Positions 46,721 through 56,312 are shown, numbered from the stretch's first letter. The stretch: DNA of 64,000 bases from an uncultured Spirochaetales bacterium (GCA_964399285.1 CAYNQK010000002.1:512-64511); one strand, 5' to 3'. Numbers and translations are program-made. Notes: generated by a model not told the origin, from the letters alone.

Positions 46721-49700
46721 ATGGCCGAGCGCAGGACGGGCAGGAACGCCTTCGCGACCGCGCGGCAGGCGTTCAGGACCGGGGACTTCGAGAGCGCCGA
46801 GCGGACGCTCCGCGCCCTCGTCCAGGCGGAGCCTAAGAATTCCGACGCCCGCCTCCTCCTCGGGCAGTGCTACCTCAAGCAGGATAAATTCGACGCGGCC
46901 ATCGCCGCGTTCGCGGCCCTCCTCTCGCTCCAGAACGAGAACGTGGAAGCCCTGCTCCAGCTCGGCATCCTCTACCGCCTCAAGGGCAGGCTCGGCGACG
47001 CCGCGAACGCGCTCCAGCGCGGCATCCAGCTCGATCCCAAGCGCGCGGACCTCCATTACCACCTCGGATCAGTGCACCGCCAAGGGGGGCGGCTGGAGGA
47101 GGCGAGGACCTGCTTCGAGCGCGCCATCAAGCTCGATCCGCGGGAAGCCCTCTCGTACAACGCCCTCGGCTCGGTCCTCTGCAAGCTCGGCCGCCGGGAC
47201 GAGGCCATCCAGGTCTTCTGGCGCGGCCTCCAGTCGGACCCGAACAACCCAGCCCTCCATTACGCCTTCGGCCTCGTGCTCGAGTCCTCGGGCAGGCTTG
47301 AGGAGGCCATAGCCGAATACGAGTCCGCGGTCAGGATCAGGCCCTCGTGGAAGGACGCGGTGAACGTCCTGGGCACGGCGTACCGCAAGTCGGGGAATCC
47401 GGCCAAGGCGGTGGAGATCCTCGCGCGCCTCGTGAGCCTCGATCCCCGCAATCCGGGCGCCCTCACCGAGCTCGGCCTCGCCTACGACGAGCTCGGGAAG
47501 AAGGACGAGGCGGTCGCGTATCTCCGCAAGGCCATCGAATCCGACCCCGCCCACGCGCAGGCCTCCCTCGGCCTCGAGCGCATCCTCGAGAATTCCGGCG
47601 CCCTCACCGACGCGCTCGAGGAGCTGAGGCGCCTCTCCCTCGTCCTCCCCGGCAACGACGACGTCGGCGTCCACCTGGGGCGCCTCCTCTTCACGCTCGG
47701 CCACTACCCCGAGGCGGCCGCCGCGCTCAAGGCGGTCGTCAAGCGCGATGCCTCCAACATCGAGGCGCTCCGCGCCCTCGGGACCGTCTACCAGAAGAGC
47801 GGCAACGCCCGGGCGGCCATGGAGTGCTTCAAGCGGATCCTCGCCGTGGATCCCTCCGCCCTCGCGTTCCGGCTCGACCTCGCGGAGCTCCACAAGCAGG
47901 CGGGCGATTGGAAGGCCGCCGAGACCGAGCTCAAGGCCTACCTCTCCCAGCGCCCCGAGGACAAGGCCGCGCGGCTCGAGCTCGGCAGGGTCTACGCCCT
48001 CTGGGGCGCGCACGACCACGCCCTCCAGATCTTCAGGCAGCTCGAGCGCTCGGGAGGCGGCCCAGAGGTCCTCGCGGAGCTCTCCGCGCTCTACCAGGCG
48101 ATGGGGGACAAGGAGAAGGCCGTGCAGGCCATCGACGCCCTCATCAACCTCCGGGGCGGCCGCGGCAGGCCCGAGGACATCGAGGACATCAACGAGAGCC
48201 TCAAGCGCTACGAGAGCGCGGTGAAGGTCTACTCGAAGGACGTCCGCGCCGCTTGGGACCGGAACCTCCGCATCCTCAAGAACGCCTTCCGCCTCAAGGA
48301 AGAGCTGGAGCGCGGCGAGGGAGCGGCCGATGCGCGGCCCGAGCCCGCCCCCGTGCTCGAGGCGAGCAGCGGGCCAAAGCCCGTGGAGGAGGAGGCCGAG
48401 CAGGTATTCCTCGACGAGCGGGAGGAAGAACTCGCCAAGGAGGACGATTTCTACGACGGCGAGCTCGGCCTCAGCGACGGCCAGGACGAGCTGCTCGAGG
48501 ACGAGGAGCCCGCGGAGACCCTGCTCAGGCTCGGAGGCGGCGGTTCCGACGCGGACTCCAAGCCCATGGATCGCCTCCTCGACGGACAGGAGCTCTATGG
48601 CGAGCAGGATACGCGGAGGCCCGCCGAACAGCCGCAGTACCCGCAGGGCGGAGGGCAGGAACGGCAACCGCGAAGGGAGCCTGAGCCCCCCTTCTATCCC
48701 GAAGAGCCGCCCGAGTGGCTCAAGGAATTCGGACGCCTTCCCCGCGCCGCCGAACCCTTCCGCGACGCGTCATCGCCGCAGTACCAACCGCCTCCGCCTC
48801 CGCAGTACCAGCAGCCCGCGCCCCCGCCCTATCAGCAGCCCTTCCCGCCGCCGTACCAGCAGCCCGCTCAATATTCGCCTCCGCCGTATCAGCCTTTCCC
48901 GGGTTATCACCAGCCCGGGTACCAGGGCCAACCGCCCTACCAGAGCCAACCCTCCTATCCGCCCGCGGACCGGGGCCCGGCGCGTCCCGTCGATTACGAC
49001 ACATCCCTGCAGCCGAATCCCCCCGCGGACCGGGGCCCGGCGCGTCCCGTCGATTACGACCCCTCGCTGAAGCCGAAGCCCCCCGCCGAGGAAACGCCCC
49101 AGATGCCGAGCCCGGACGAAATAGACCTCGACATGCTCGACAGCCTCGAGGAAGCCATTCTCGCCACGGACGACGAGATGGAGGACATCGTCCCCGAGGG
49201 CGAGCTCGTTCCGGAGGAGGCCGGCCCCGAAGAAGCGGCCGAGGAGATTTTCCCGCTACCGGAAGAGGGCGAAGGCGATACCGCCGTCGAGGCCGCCGCG
49301 TCAGAGCCCTCCGGCGACGAGACCGCGGAATCCGCGGCGGAGCTCGCGGATGGAGAGCCCTCGGAACCGGTCGACGAAGCGGAGGAATTGCCCGAGGAGT
49401 CCGAAGCCGAGGAAGAAGAGGCGGAAAACGTCATTCCGAAATTCCTCCCGCTCGAGAGCGAGATCGAGGAACCAGTCGAGATAGAAGAGGGCGAGGAGGA
49501 CATCTTCTCGGAAGAGGGCTCGGAGGAAGAGGAGGTCATCCTCAACCCCGAAGAGGCCGCGGACGCGGCCATCGCCGAATTGGCCGCCGGTGCGGTTCCG
49601 GGGACCGGATCGGACGCGGGCCCGTCGACCGAGACGACCACTGCCCGCGATCCCGTCATCGGCCCGCATACGATCAAGCTCCTCGAATACCTGAAATCCC

Positions 49701-50053
49701 TCGTGCGCGAATTGCCGGACGCGCACCGTCGGCCCGAACCCATCGCCGAGGCCGAGCAGCGGATCGACGACGTCATGTCCAGGCTGGAGCGGACGGTCGC
49801 GAAATCCTCCGCCCCGCTCCCGGGCGGACCGGGCGACCGCGCCGATAAGGCGCTTGCGGATTCCGCGGATTCCGAGCTACAAATGTACGCGGAGCCCCCG
49901 CCCTCCGGTCCCCGCGCGGGAAAAAGCGGCAAAGGCGCTCGCGATCGACACGCCCCCGTCAGCGAGATGGAGAGCATCGCCCTCTCGCAGGGGCTCCAGG
50001 TGAGCGGCAAGATGGCCCGCTTGTTGAAATTCCTCAAGCGCGATAAAGAGTGA
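46721..50053 (+). CDS. Giant TPR-repeat protein with a C-terminal Pro/Gln/Tyr-rich and acidic disordered region
   Basis: 1110-aa ORF whose ATG directly abuts the preceding TAG. At least 12 canonical TPR units fill the first ~480 aa (ALLQLGILYRLKGRLGDAANALQRGIQLDPK and similar). A PQY-rich segment with a 20-aa tandem repeat follows, then Glu-rich tracts. Confidence 0.8.
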   Translation: MAERRTGRNAFATARQAFRTGDFESAERTLRALVQAEPKNSDARLLLGQCYLKQDKFDAAIAAFAALLSLQNENVEALLQLGILYRLKGRLGDAANALQRGIQLDPKRADLHYHLGSVHRQGGRLEEARTCFERAIKLDPREALSYNALGSVLCKLGRRDEAIQVFWRGLQSDPNNPALHYAFGLVLESSGRLEEAIAEYESAVRIRPSWKDAVNVLGTAYRKSGNPAKAVEILARLVSLDPRNPGALTELGLAYDELGKKDEAVAYLRKAIESDPAHAQASLGLERILENSGALTDALEELRRLSLVLPGNDDVGVHLGRLLFTLGHYPEAAAALKAVVKRDASNIEALRALGTVYQKSGNARAAMECFKRILAVDPSALAFRLDLAELHKQAGDWKAAETELKAYLSQRPEDKAARLELGRVYALWGAHDHALQIFRQLERSGGGPEVLAELSALYQAMGDKEKAVQAIDALINLRGGRGRPEDIEDINESLKRYESAVKVYSKDVRAAWDRNLRILKNAFRLKEELERGEGAADARPEPAPVLEASSGPKPVEEEAEQVFLDEREEELAKEDDFYDGELGLSDGQDELLEDEEPAETLLRLGGGGSDADSKPMDRLLDGQELYGEQDTRRPAEQPQYPQGGGQERQPRREPEPPFYPEEPPEWLKEFGRLPRAAEPFRDASSPQYQPPPPPQYQQPAPPPYQQPFPPPYQQPAQYSPPPYQPFPGYHQPGYQGQPPYQSQPSYPPADRGPARPVDYDTSLQPNPPADRGPARPVDYDPSLKPKPPAEETPQMPSPDEIDLDMLDSLEEAILATDDEMEDIVPEGELVPEEAGPEEAAEEIFPLPEEGEGDTAVEAAASEPSGDETAESAAELADGEPSEPVDEAEELPEESEAEEEEAENVIPKFLPLESEIEEPVEIEEGEEDIFSEEGSEEEEVILNPEEAADAAIAELAAGAVPGTGSDAGPSTETTTARDPVIGPHTIKLLEYLKSLVRELPDAHRRPEPIAEAEQRIDDVMSRLERTVAKSSAPLPGGPGDRADKALADSADSELQMYAEPPPSGPRAGKSGKGARDRHAPVSEMESIALSQGLQVSGKMARLLKFLKRDKE
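48963..49060 (+). repeat. In-frame 60-nt tandem duplication inside the TPR gene
   Basis: The 38-nt string ccgcggaccggggcccggcgcgtcccgtcgattacgac occurs identically at 48963-49000 and 49023-49060. It encodes PPADRGPARPVDYD(T/P)SL(Q/K)P(N/K) twice. Confidence 0.9.
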
Positions 50054-50060
50054 AGCTGAC

Positions 50061-50918
50061 ATGAACAGCCTGGACCGCGTGAAAAGCTATATCAACTCCA
50101 TGCCGGCCCTGCCGACCACCGTGACCAAGGTCCTGGAGATCTGCAACAACCCGCGCACCTCGCCCACGGACCTGAACCGCGTCATTTCCCTGGACCCCGT
50201 CCTCATGGGACGCGTCCTCAAGCTCATCAATTCCGCGTACTACGGCCTCGGACAGCAGATCACGAGCCTGGTGCGCGCCATCATCATGCTCGGGATAAAC
50301 ACCGTGAAGAACCTCGCGCTCTCCACGGCCATCCTGGACAAGCTCGGCAAGTCCGGGCAGTTCCGCGCCCTGAACATGGAAGGCTTCTGGCGGCATTCGC
50401 TCGCCGTCGGCTCCACCGCGCGCCTCATCGCGCGGAGGCGCGGGATCAATCAGCTCAAGCACGAGGAGTACTTCGCCGCGGGCCTCCTCCACGACATCGG
50501 CAAGATTCCGCTCAACAACGTCCTCTCGGCCGAGTACGTCGCCGCGATGTCGCTCTCCGACCTCGAGCGCATCCCCCTCTACCTCGCCGAAAAGCGCGGA
50601 CTCGACGTGGACCACGCCGAGGTCGGCGGCATCATAGCCGACGCGTGGAAGCTGGACCGGTCCATCGCGGACGCGATCCGCTTCCACCACGGGCCCGAGC
50701 TCTATCCGGGAAATTCCGTCGACGTCCTCTATACGGTGATCGTCGCCGATTATTACGTTAATAGGGAGGAGATCGGTTTTTCCGGCAACCGGTACCCCGA
50801 AAAGCCCTCTCCCGCCGTCTACGAGGCGCTCTCGCTCGGGAAGGAGACCCTCGAGGAGATCGCGGACGAGGTCAACGCGGAAGTCGAGAAGGCCAAGGTC
50901 TTCCTGAAAATCGCCTAG
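50061..50918 (+). CDS. HDOD-domain signalling protein
   Basis: 285-aa ORF. LPALPTTVTKVLEICNNPRTSPTDLNRVISLDPVLMGRVLKLINSAYYG...GLLHDIGK is a typical HDOD domain. It starts 8 nt after the TPR gene stop. Confidence 0.85.
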   Translation: MNSLDRVKSYINSMPALPTTVTKVLEICNNPRTSPTDLNRVISLDPVLMGRVLKLINSAYYGLGQQITSLVRAIIMLGINTVKNLALSTAILDKLGKSGQFRALNMEGFWRHSLAVGSTARLIARRRGINQLKHEEYFAAGLLHDIGKIPLNNVLSAEYVAAMSLSDLERIPLYLAEKRGLDVDHAEVGGIIADAWKLDRSIADAIRFHHGPELYPGNSVDVLYTVIVADYYVNREEIGFSGNRYPEKPSPAVYEALSLGKETLEEIADEVNAEVEKAKVFLKIA

Positions 50919-50984
50919 CGGGGCGCCTTAAGGCCCAGGGTCTTCGGCCGGATCGCGAGGCATAGGCCGGGAGGGAGCGAGAGC

Positions 50985-51914
50985 ATGTTCCAAGTCACCA
51001 TCTGGGGCGATCGCGGCTCCATGCCCTGCCCCGGCCCCGACACGGTGGTCTTCGGCGGGAACACCTCCTGCATCGAGATCCGCGTGGGCGACCCCGCGGC
51101 CCCGCGCATCATCATCCTTGACGCGGGCTCGGGCATCCGCCAGCTCGGCGACCACCTCATGCGCAACGACTTCAAGCGCGGCCCCCTGGACCTGGACATG
51201 TTCCTCACGCACACGCACTGGGACCACATCATGGGCTTCCCCATGTTCACGCCCATCTACGTCCCCGGCACCAAGCTCAGGATCCACGGCGCGGTGACCT
51301 ACGAGGAGGACACCCTCAGCGACATCATCGGGAACCAGCTCTCGTACAAGTACTGGCCCGTGCGCCAGTCCGAGCTCTCGGCCAAGATCACCTACGAGCA
51401 CCTCAAGGAGACGAGCATCGACATGGGAGGCGGCCTTACCCTGAGGACCAAGTACCTGAACCACCCCATCGTCTGCCTCGGCTACCGCTTCGAGTACGAG
51501 GGCCGTTCCTTCGTCAGCGTCTACGACCACGAGCCCTTCCAGAACATCTTCCCGACCGACCCCTCGAACCCGGACTACGACGAGATGGCGGCCGAGGAGG
51601 GCGAGAAGGTCGCGCGCGAGGAGAACGACCGCATCCTCCAATTCATGAAGGGCGCCGACTTCCTCATCCACGACGCCCAGTACACGGAGAAGGAATACAA
51701 GGCCTCGAAGCTCGGCTGGGGTCACTCGAGCCACGAGCGCGTCATCAACGCGGCGCACAGGGCCGGCGTGAAGCGCCTCGCGCTCTTCCACCATGACCCC
51801 AACAGGACCGACGCCGAGCTCGCGGAGCTCGAGCTCCGCTACAAGGCGATGATCGAGGGCAAAACCTCCCTCCAGGTCGACATGTCCCGCGAGGGCATGA
51901 CCGTGCAGGTCTAG
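50985..51914 (+). CDS. MBL-fold metallo-hydrolase
   Basis: 309-aa ORF with GGGAGGGAG upstream, the HTHWDH zinc motif and downstream His/Asp ligands (HDAQY, LFHHD). Confidence 0.8.
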   Translation: MFQVTIWGDRGSMPCPGPDTVVFGGNTSCIEIRVGDPAAPRIIILDAGSGIRQLGDHLMRNDFKRGPLDLDMFLTHTHWDHIMGFPMFTPIYVPGTKLRIHGAVTYEEDTLSDIIGNQLSYKYWPVRQSELSAKITYEHLKETSIDMGGGLTLRTKYLNHPIVCLGYRFEYEGRSFVSVYDHEPFQNIFPTDPSNPDYDEMAAEEGEKVAREENDRILQFMKGADFLIHDAQYTEKEYKASKLGWGHSSHERVINAAHRAGVKRLALFHHDPNRTDAELAELELRYKAMIEGKTSLQVDMSREGMTVQV

Positions 51915-51918
51915 GCCC

Positions 51919-52539
51919 ATGGGAAGCGAGCACTACAAGAAGCCCGATCACTGGGCGCTCAAGGCCAAGGAAGACGGCTACCCGGCCCGCTCCGTCTACA
52001 AGCTCAAGGAGATCGACGAGAAATTCCGCCTCCTCAGGCGGGGCATCCGCGTCCTCGACCTCGGCGCCGCGCCCGGATCGTGGACCGCCTACGCGCTCGA
52101 GCGCGTAGGGCCCTCCGGCTTCGTGGCCGCGATCGACCTAGCGCCGCTCGCCCAGGCCTCGGCGTCCGCGAAGATGTCCCTCGCCTCGGGCGACGCTTTC
52201 TTCTTCATCAAGGGCGACCTTTACGACCCGGCGAACAGGGCGGCCCTCCTCGAGCGCGGCCCCTACGGCATCGTCATGTCGGACGCCGCCCCCTCCACGA
52301 CGGGAAACGCCATCGTGGACTCGGGGAGGTCCGAGGAGCTCGTCAACGCAGCCGCGTCCTACGCGCGAGAGGCCCTCGCACCCGGAGGAGCCTTCATCGC
52401 CAAGCTCTTCCAGGGAAGCGCGGGCGCGGAGATACTCAAGTCCCTCAAGGGCGAGTACGCGGACGTCCGCGGATTCAAGCCCAAGGCCTGCCGGAACGAA
52501 TCCTTCGAGATGTACATCGTGGCGACGGGAAAGCGCTGA
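51919..52539 (+). CDS. rlmE: 23S rRNA (uridine2552-2'-O)-methyltransferase RlmE/FtsJ
   Basis: 206-aa ORF. GYPARSVYKLKEIDEKF, the SAM motif VLDLGAAPGSWT, and MSDAAP...KLFQG are the FtsJ catalytic K-D-K-E context. Confidence 0.88.
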   Translation: MGSEHYKKPDHWALKAKEDGYPARSVYKLKEIDEKFRLLRRGIRVLDLGAAPGSWTAYALERVGPSGFVAAIDLAPLAQASASAKMSLASGDAFFFIKGDLYDPANRAALLERGPYGIVMSDAAPSTTGNAIVDSGRSEELVNAAASYAREALAPGGAFIAKLFQGSAGAEILKSLKGEYADVRGFKPKACRNESFEMYIVATGKR

Positions 52540-52636
52540 GCGTCCGTACACCCTGTCAACGCCTTGCGCCCTCCCCGCGTCCCCGCTAAGATCCACGGCG
52601 CTCGCCTAGAGTCGGACGAGACGGAGGAATGGAACC

Positions 52637-53659
52637 ATGCGTAGACCGAAATCGTTCGCCGCGCTGGCCGCGGCCGCCCTCCTCGCGCTCCTCTCCGCGG
52701 CTTCCTGGGCGCAGGACGCTCCCGCGCCGCTACCGTACGCCCCTCGCCCCGCCGACGCCTGGGGCGCCCTCAGGATCGAGAACGGCAGGATCGTCTCTAA
52801 CGCCGGAGCGCCCGTGGCCCTACGCGGCATGAGCCTCTTCTGGAGCCAGTGGGACCCCGGATTCTACCGCGCCGAAACCGCGGAATTCCTCGCGCGCGAG
52901 TGGAAATGCGCCGTCGTGCGCGCGGCCCTCGGCGTGGATCCGGGCGGCTACCTCGCGAAGCCGGCTGCCGAGGAGGCCAAGGTCCTCGCCGTCGTGGACG
53001 CCGCCATAAGCGAGGGCATTTACGCCATCATCGATTGGCACGATCACAAGGCGAGCGAGCGGACCGAGCGCGCCGCCGAGTTCTTCGGGCGCATGGCGGA
53101 GAAGTACCGCGGCGTCCCCAACGTCATCTTCGAAATCTACAACGAGCCTCTCAAGAACGAATCCTGGGAAAGCGTGAAGGCCTACGCGGAGGAAGTCATC
53201 CGGGCGATCCGCGCCAAGGGCAACGGCAACCTCGTCATCGTGGGCTCGCCGTCCTGGTCGCAGGACGTCGACGACGCGGCCTCCGACCCCCTCGATCCCG
53301 CCCGCTTCGGAAACGTCGCCTACGCCCTCCACTTCTACGCGGGCACGCACAAGGGGTGGCTCCGCTCGAGGGCGATCTCCGCCATGGAAGAGGGGATCGC
53401 TATTTTCGTGAGCGAATGGGGCACCTGCGACGCTTCCGGAAACGGCGGGTTCGATCCGGATTCCTCGGACGACTGGCTCGACTTCTGCGACGAGTACGGC
53501 CTCTCCTGGTGCAATTGGTCCTTCAACAACAAGGACGAGACCGCCTCGGCGCTCAAGCGGACCGCGCGTCCGGGGAAAAGTTCATGGACCGACGCCGACC
53601 TGAGCCCGTCCGGCCTTTACGTCCGGGGCAGGCTCCTTAAGGCGGCCGCCGCGAAATGA
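52637..53659 (+). CDS. Secreted glycoside hydrolase family 5 (endoglucanase/mannanase-like)
   Basis: 340-aa ORF with GGAGGA upstream and a signal peptide. GH5 catalytic motifs are present: VIFEIYNEP (acid/base Glu) and FVSEWG (nucleophile Glu). Confidence 0.85.
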   Translation: MRRPKSFAALAAAALLALLSAASWAQDAPAPLPYAPRPADAWGALRIENGRIVSNAGAPVALRGMSLFWSQWDPGFYRAETAEFLAREWKCAVVRAALGVDPGGYLAKPAAEEAKVLAVVDAAISEGIYAIIDWHDHKASERTERAAEFFGRMAEKYRGVPNVIFEIYNEPLKNESWESVKAYAEEVIRAIRAKGNGNLVIVGSPSWSQDVDDAASDPLDPARFGNVAYALHFYAGTHKGWLRSRAISAMEEGIAIFVSEWGTCDASGNGGFDPDSSDDWLDFCDEYGLSWCNWSFNNKDETASALKRTARPGKSSWTDADLSPSGLYVRGRLLKAAAAK

Positions 53660-53662
53660 AAA

Positions 53663-53684
53663 CGGGCGCCCGGAGGGGCGCCCG
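53663..53684 (-). terminator. Intrinsic terminator hairpin between the convergent GH5 and hsp20 genes
   Basis: CGGGCGCCC-GGAG-GGGCGCCCG forms a 9-bp GC stem. On the minus strand GTTTTCATTT follows. On the plus strand there is no U tract, so it is best assigned to hsp20. Confidence 0.65.
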
Positions 53685-53740
53685 CATCGTTCCACTCTAC
53701 TTCGACCGGCCTCCGCCGCGCGACGCGGCGGCCCGCTTCC

Positions 53741-54256
53741 TCACTCGCCTTCCTTGACGATCTCGATCTTCACGCCCTCGGCTGTCTCGGGCTGGACGCG
53801 GGCGGGAACGGTGACCCTGAGGATGCCGTTCCTGAAGAGCGCCTTCACCTTGGACTGGTCGAACTTGTCCGCGGGGACGAAGTACTTCTGCTTCTCGACG
53901 TCCTTCATCTTGAGCCTGCGCTTCAGGTAGCGCACTCCCTCGTCCGACTCCTGGCGCTTCTCCATGGTGGCGGAGAAGGTCATGTAGTCGCCCTGGAAAG
54001 AGAGCTGGATGTCGTTCTCCTCGAAGCCCGCCACGGCGAACTCGAAGATGAGGGTCCTGTCCTTGGTCATGAAGAGGTTCATGGGCGGATAGGAGTAGTT
54101 GGGATAATAATCGACGTTCTCGTCGCCGAAGGGCGCGAACGGGCCGTCCTTACCGAACTGCAGGTCGGCGGCGACGTTCTCCGAGAAGCTGCGCGCGGCC
54201 TCGAAGATGTCGTCGAAGAGCGATCCCAGGTCGAAATAGATCTTGTTTCCCTTCAT
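53741..54256 (-). CDS. Small heat-shock protein, Hsp20/alpha-crystallin family
   Basis: Start at the ATG at 54256 with AAGGAGG 8 nt upstream. The alpha-crystallin domain reads IFEFAVAGFEENDIQLSFQGDYMTFSA...ALFRNGILRVTVP. The upstream part of the 234-aa ORF is non-coding. Confidence 0.88.
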   Translation of the reverse strand: MKGNKIYFDLGSLFDDIFEAARSFSENVAADLQFGKDGPFAPFGDENVDYYPNYSYPPMNLFMTKDRTLIFEFAVAGFEENDIQLSFQGDYMTFSATMEKRQESDEGVRYLKRRLKMKDVEKQKYFVPADKFDQSKVKALFRNGILRVTVPARVQPETAEGVKIEIVKEGE

Positions 54257-54450
54257 AGGCGTACCCTCCTTTAAGGGCAGGTCCGGATCGCCCGTCCCCC
54301 GCGGGGGCCTGGCGGTCCAAGGTTCTCTCGGCCCTCCGTACGGAGCGGCCTCCGCCGGTCGCCTCCCGGGCGCACCGGCCGTATCCACCGTCAAAGATAT
54401 CTTGATTACCGCCAGTCGACAAGGGCGAACCGGCGCGGATATCATGGGCC

Positions 54451-56250
54451 ATGGAGCTCGCCGCGTCCTTCCTGCCCGTCACGCGCGACGACATGGCCGC
54501 CCGGGGCTGGGACGCCTGCGATTTCGTCCTCGTGACCGGGGACGCGTACGTCGACCATCCGTCCTTCGGAGCGGCCATCGTCTCGCGCCTCCTCGAATCC
54601 GAAGGGTACCGCGTCGGGATCATCGCCCAGCCGGAGTGGAAGGATCCCGCTTCCTTCGCGGCCCTCGGCCGGCCGCGCCTCGCCTTCCTCGCTACCGCGG
54701 GCAACCTGGATTCCATGGTCGCTAAATACACGGCCAACAAGAAGCCGCGATCGGAGGACGCGTACTCCCCCGGAGGCGCGTCCGGGCTCAGGCCGGACCG
54801 GGCCCTCGTCGCCTACTGCAACGGCATCCGCGCCGCCTTCCCCGGAGCGACCATCGTGGTCGGGGGCATCGAGGCCTCGCTCCGCAGGCTCTCCCATTAC
54901 GACTACTGGTAGGATACGGTGAAGAAATCCGTCCTCCTCGACGCCAAGGCGGACCTCCTCGTCTACGGCTTGGGCGAGCGCGCGCTGAAATCGATCGCCG
55001 ATCGGCTCGCCTCGGGATGCGGCGTCCGGGAGATCCGCGACGTGCCGGGCACCGTCTGGCGCACCGGGAAGGAAGCGGAGCTGCCGGCGAACGCCCGGAG
55101 GCTCCCCGCGCACGAGGTCCAGGCGAAGGACAAAGCCGCCTTCGCGGAGGCCTTCATGATCCAGTACCGCGGCGCCGACGACGAGACCGCTCCGCCCCTC
55201 GCGGAGCACTCGGCCGCGGGTTGGGCGGTGCAGAATCCCCCCTCGCCGCCGCTCTCCCCCGACGAGCTCGACGCGGTCTACGCCCTTCCCTTCGCGCGCG
55301 ATTCGCACCCGTCGTACCGCGACAGGGGCGGCGTCCCGGCCCTCGAGGAGGTGCGCTTCTCCATCGCGTCCTCGCGGGGCTGCTTCGGCTCATGCTCGTT
55401 CTGCGCCCTCTCCTTCCACCAGGGGAGGCGGGCGCGCGGCAGAAGCGAGAGGAGCATCGTCGAGGAGGCGCGGCTCCTCTCCTCCATGCCGAGCTTCAAG
55501 GGGATCATCTCGGACGTCGGCGGCCCCACGGCGAATTTCCGCGAGGCCCCCTGCGAGCGCCAACGCGGCGATCCGCCCTGCCCCGACAGGCGCTGCCTCG
55601 CCCCCGAGCCCTGTTCCGCCATCCGGGCGGACCATTCGGGGTACCTCTCGATACTCCGCGCGATCCGCGCCCTCCCCGGCGTGAAACGCGTCTTCGTCCG
55701 GTCGGGCCTCAGGTTCGATTACGTCATGCTGGACGCGAAGAGCCCCTTCCTCGCGGAGCTCTGCGAGCACCACGTCTCCGGGCAGCTCAAGGTCGCGCCC
55801 GAGCACGTATCGGACCGCGTGCTGAAAGCGATGGGGAAGCCCGGAAGGGCCGTTTACGAAGCGTTCGAGAAGGCCTTCCGGAAGGCGGCCGCGAACGCGG
55901 GCAAGAAGCTCTACCTCCTCCCCTATTACATCTCCGCCCATCCGGGATCGGGGCTCGAGGAGGCGATCGAGCTCGCCCTCGCGCTCAAGAAGGCGGGCTT
56001 CGTCCCGGACCAGGTCCAGGACTTCTATCCGACGCCGGGAACCCTCTCCACCTGCATGTACCATACGGGAATCGATCCGCTCTCGGGCGAGCCTATCCAT
56101 GTAGCGAGGGGCGAGCGCGAGCGGAGGCTCCAGCGGGCCCTCGTCCACTTCCACAAGCCCGAGAACGCGGCCCTCGTCCGCGAAGCCCTGCGGGAGGCGG
56201 GGAGGGAGGACCTCATCGGCCACGGCGGGGATTGCCTCGTCGATCGATAG
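54451..56250 (+). pseudogene. ygiQ: YgiQ-family (UPF0313) radical SAM protein interrupted by one in-frame TAG
   Basis: The ORFs 54451-54912 and 54919-56250 are in the same frame. Read together they give [33 protein letters not shown], colinear with E. coli YgiQ HYDYWSDTVRRSVL. The radical-SAM CxxxCxxC (CFGSCSFC) is intact downstream. Confidence 0.8.
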
Positions 56251-56312
56251 CGCCGGGCGAGCGGCTCCGTCCCGGATGGCGCAAACGGTTTTTTCCCCTT
56301 ATACTTGCCCGC

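Noticed and set aside
54910-54912. The idea that the in-frame TAG in ygiQ reflects pyrrolysine or genome-wide amber reassignment.
   Set aside because: TAG terminates several well-defined genes in this window at the positions expected from homology (46720, 50918, 51914, 57464). No pyl genes are visible. A point mutation or sequencing error is more economical.
55017-56312. Upstream 430 codons of the 815-aa ORF that ends at 57464.
   Set aside because: This part is an out-of-frame overlap with ygiQ and translates to Arg/Pro/Gly-rich sequence. The recognisable GT28 protein begins at the ATG at 56313, after the ygiQ stop.
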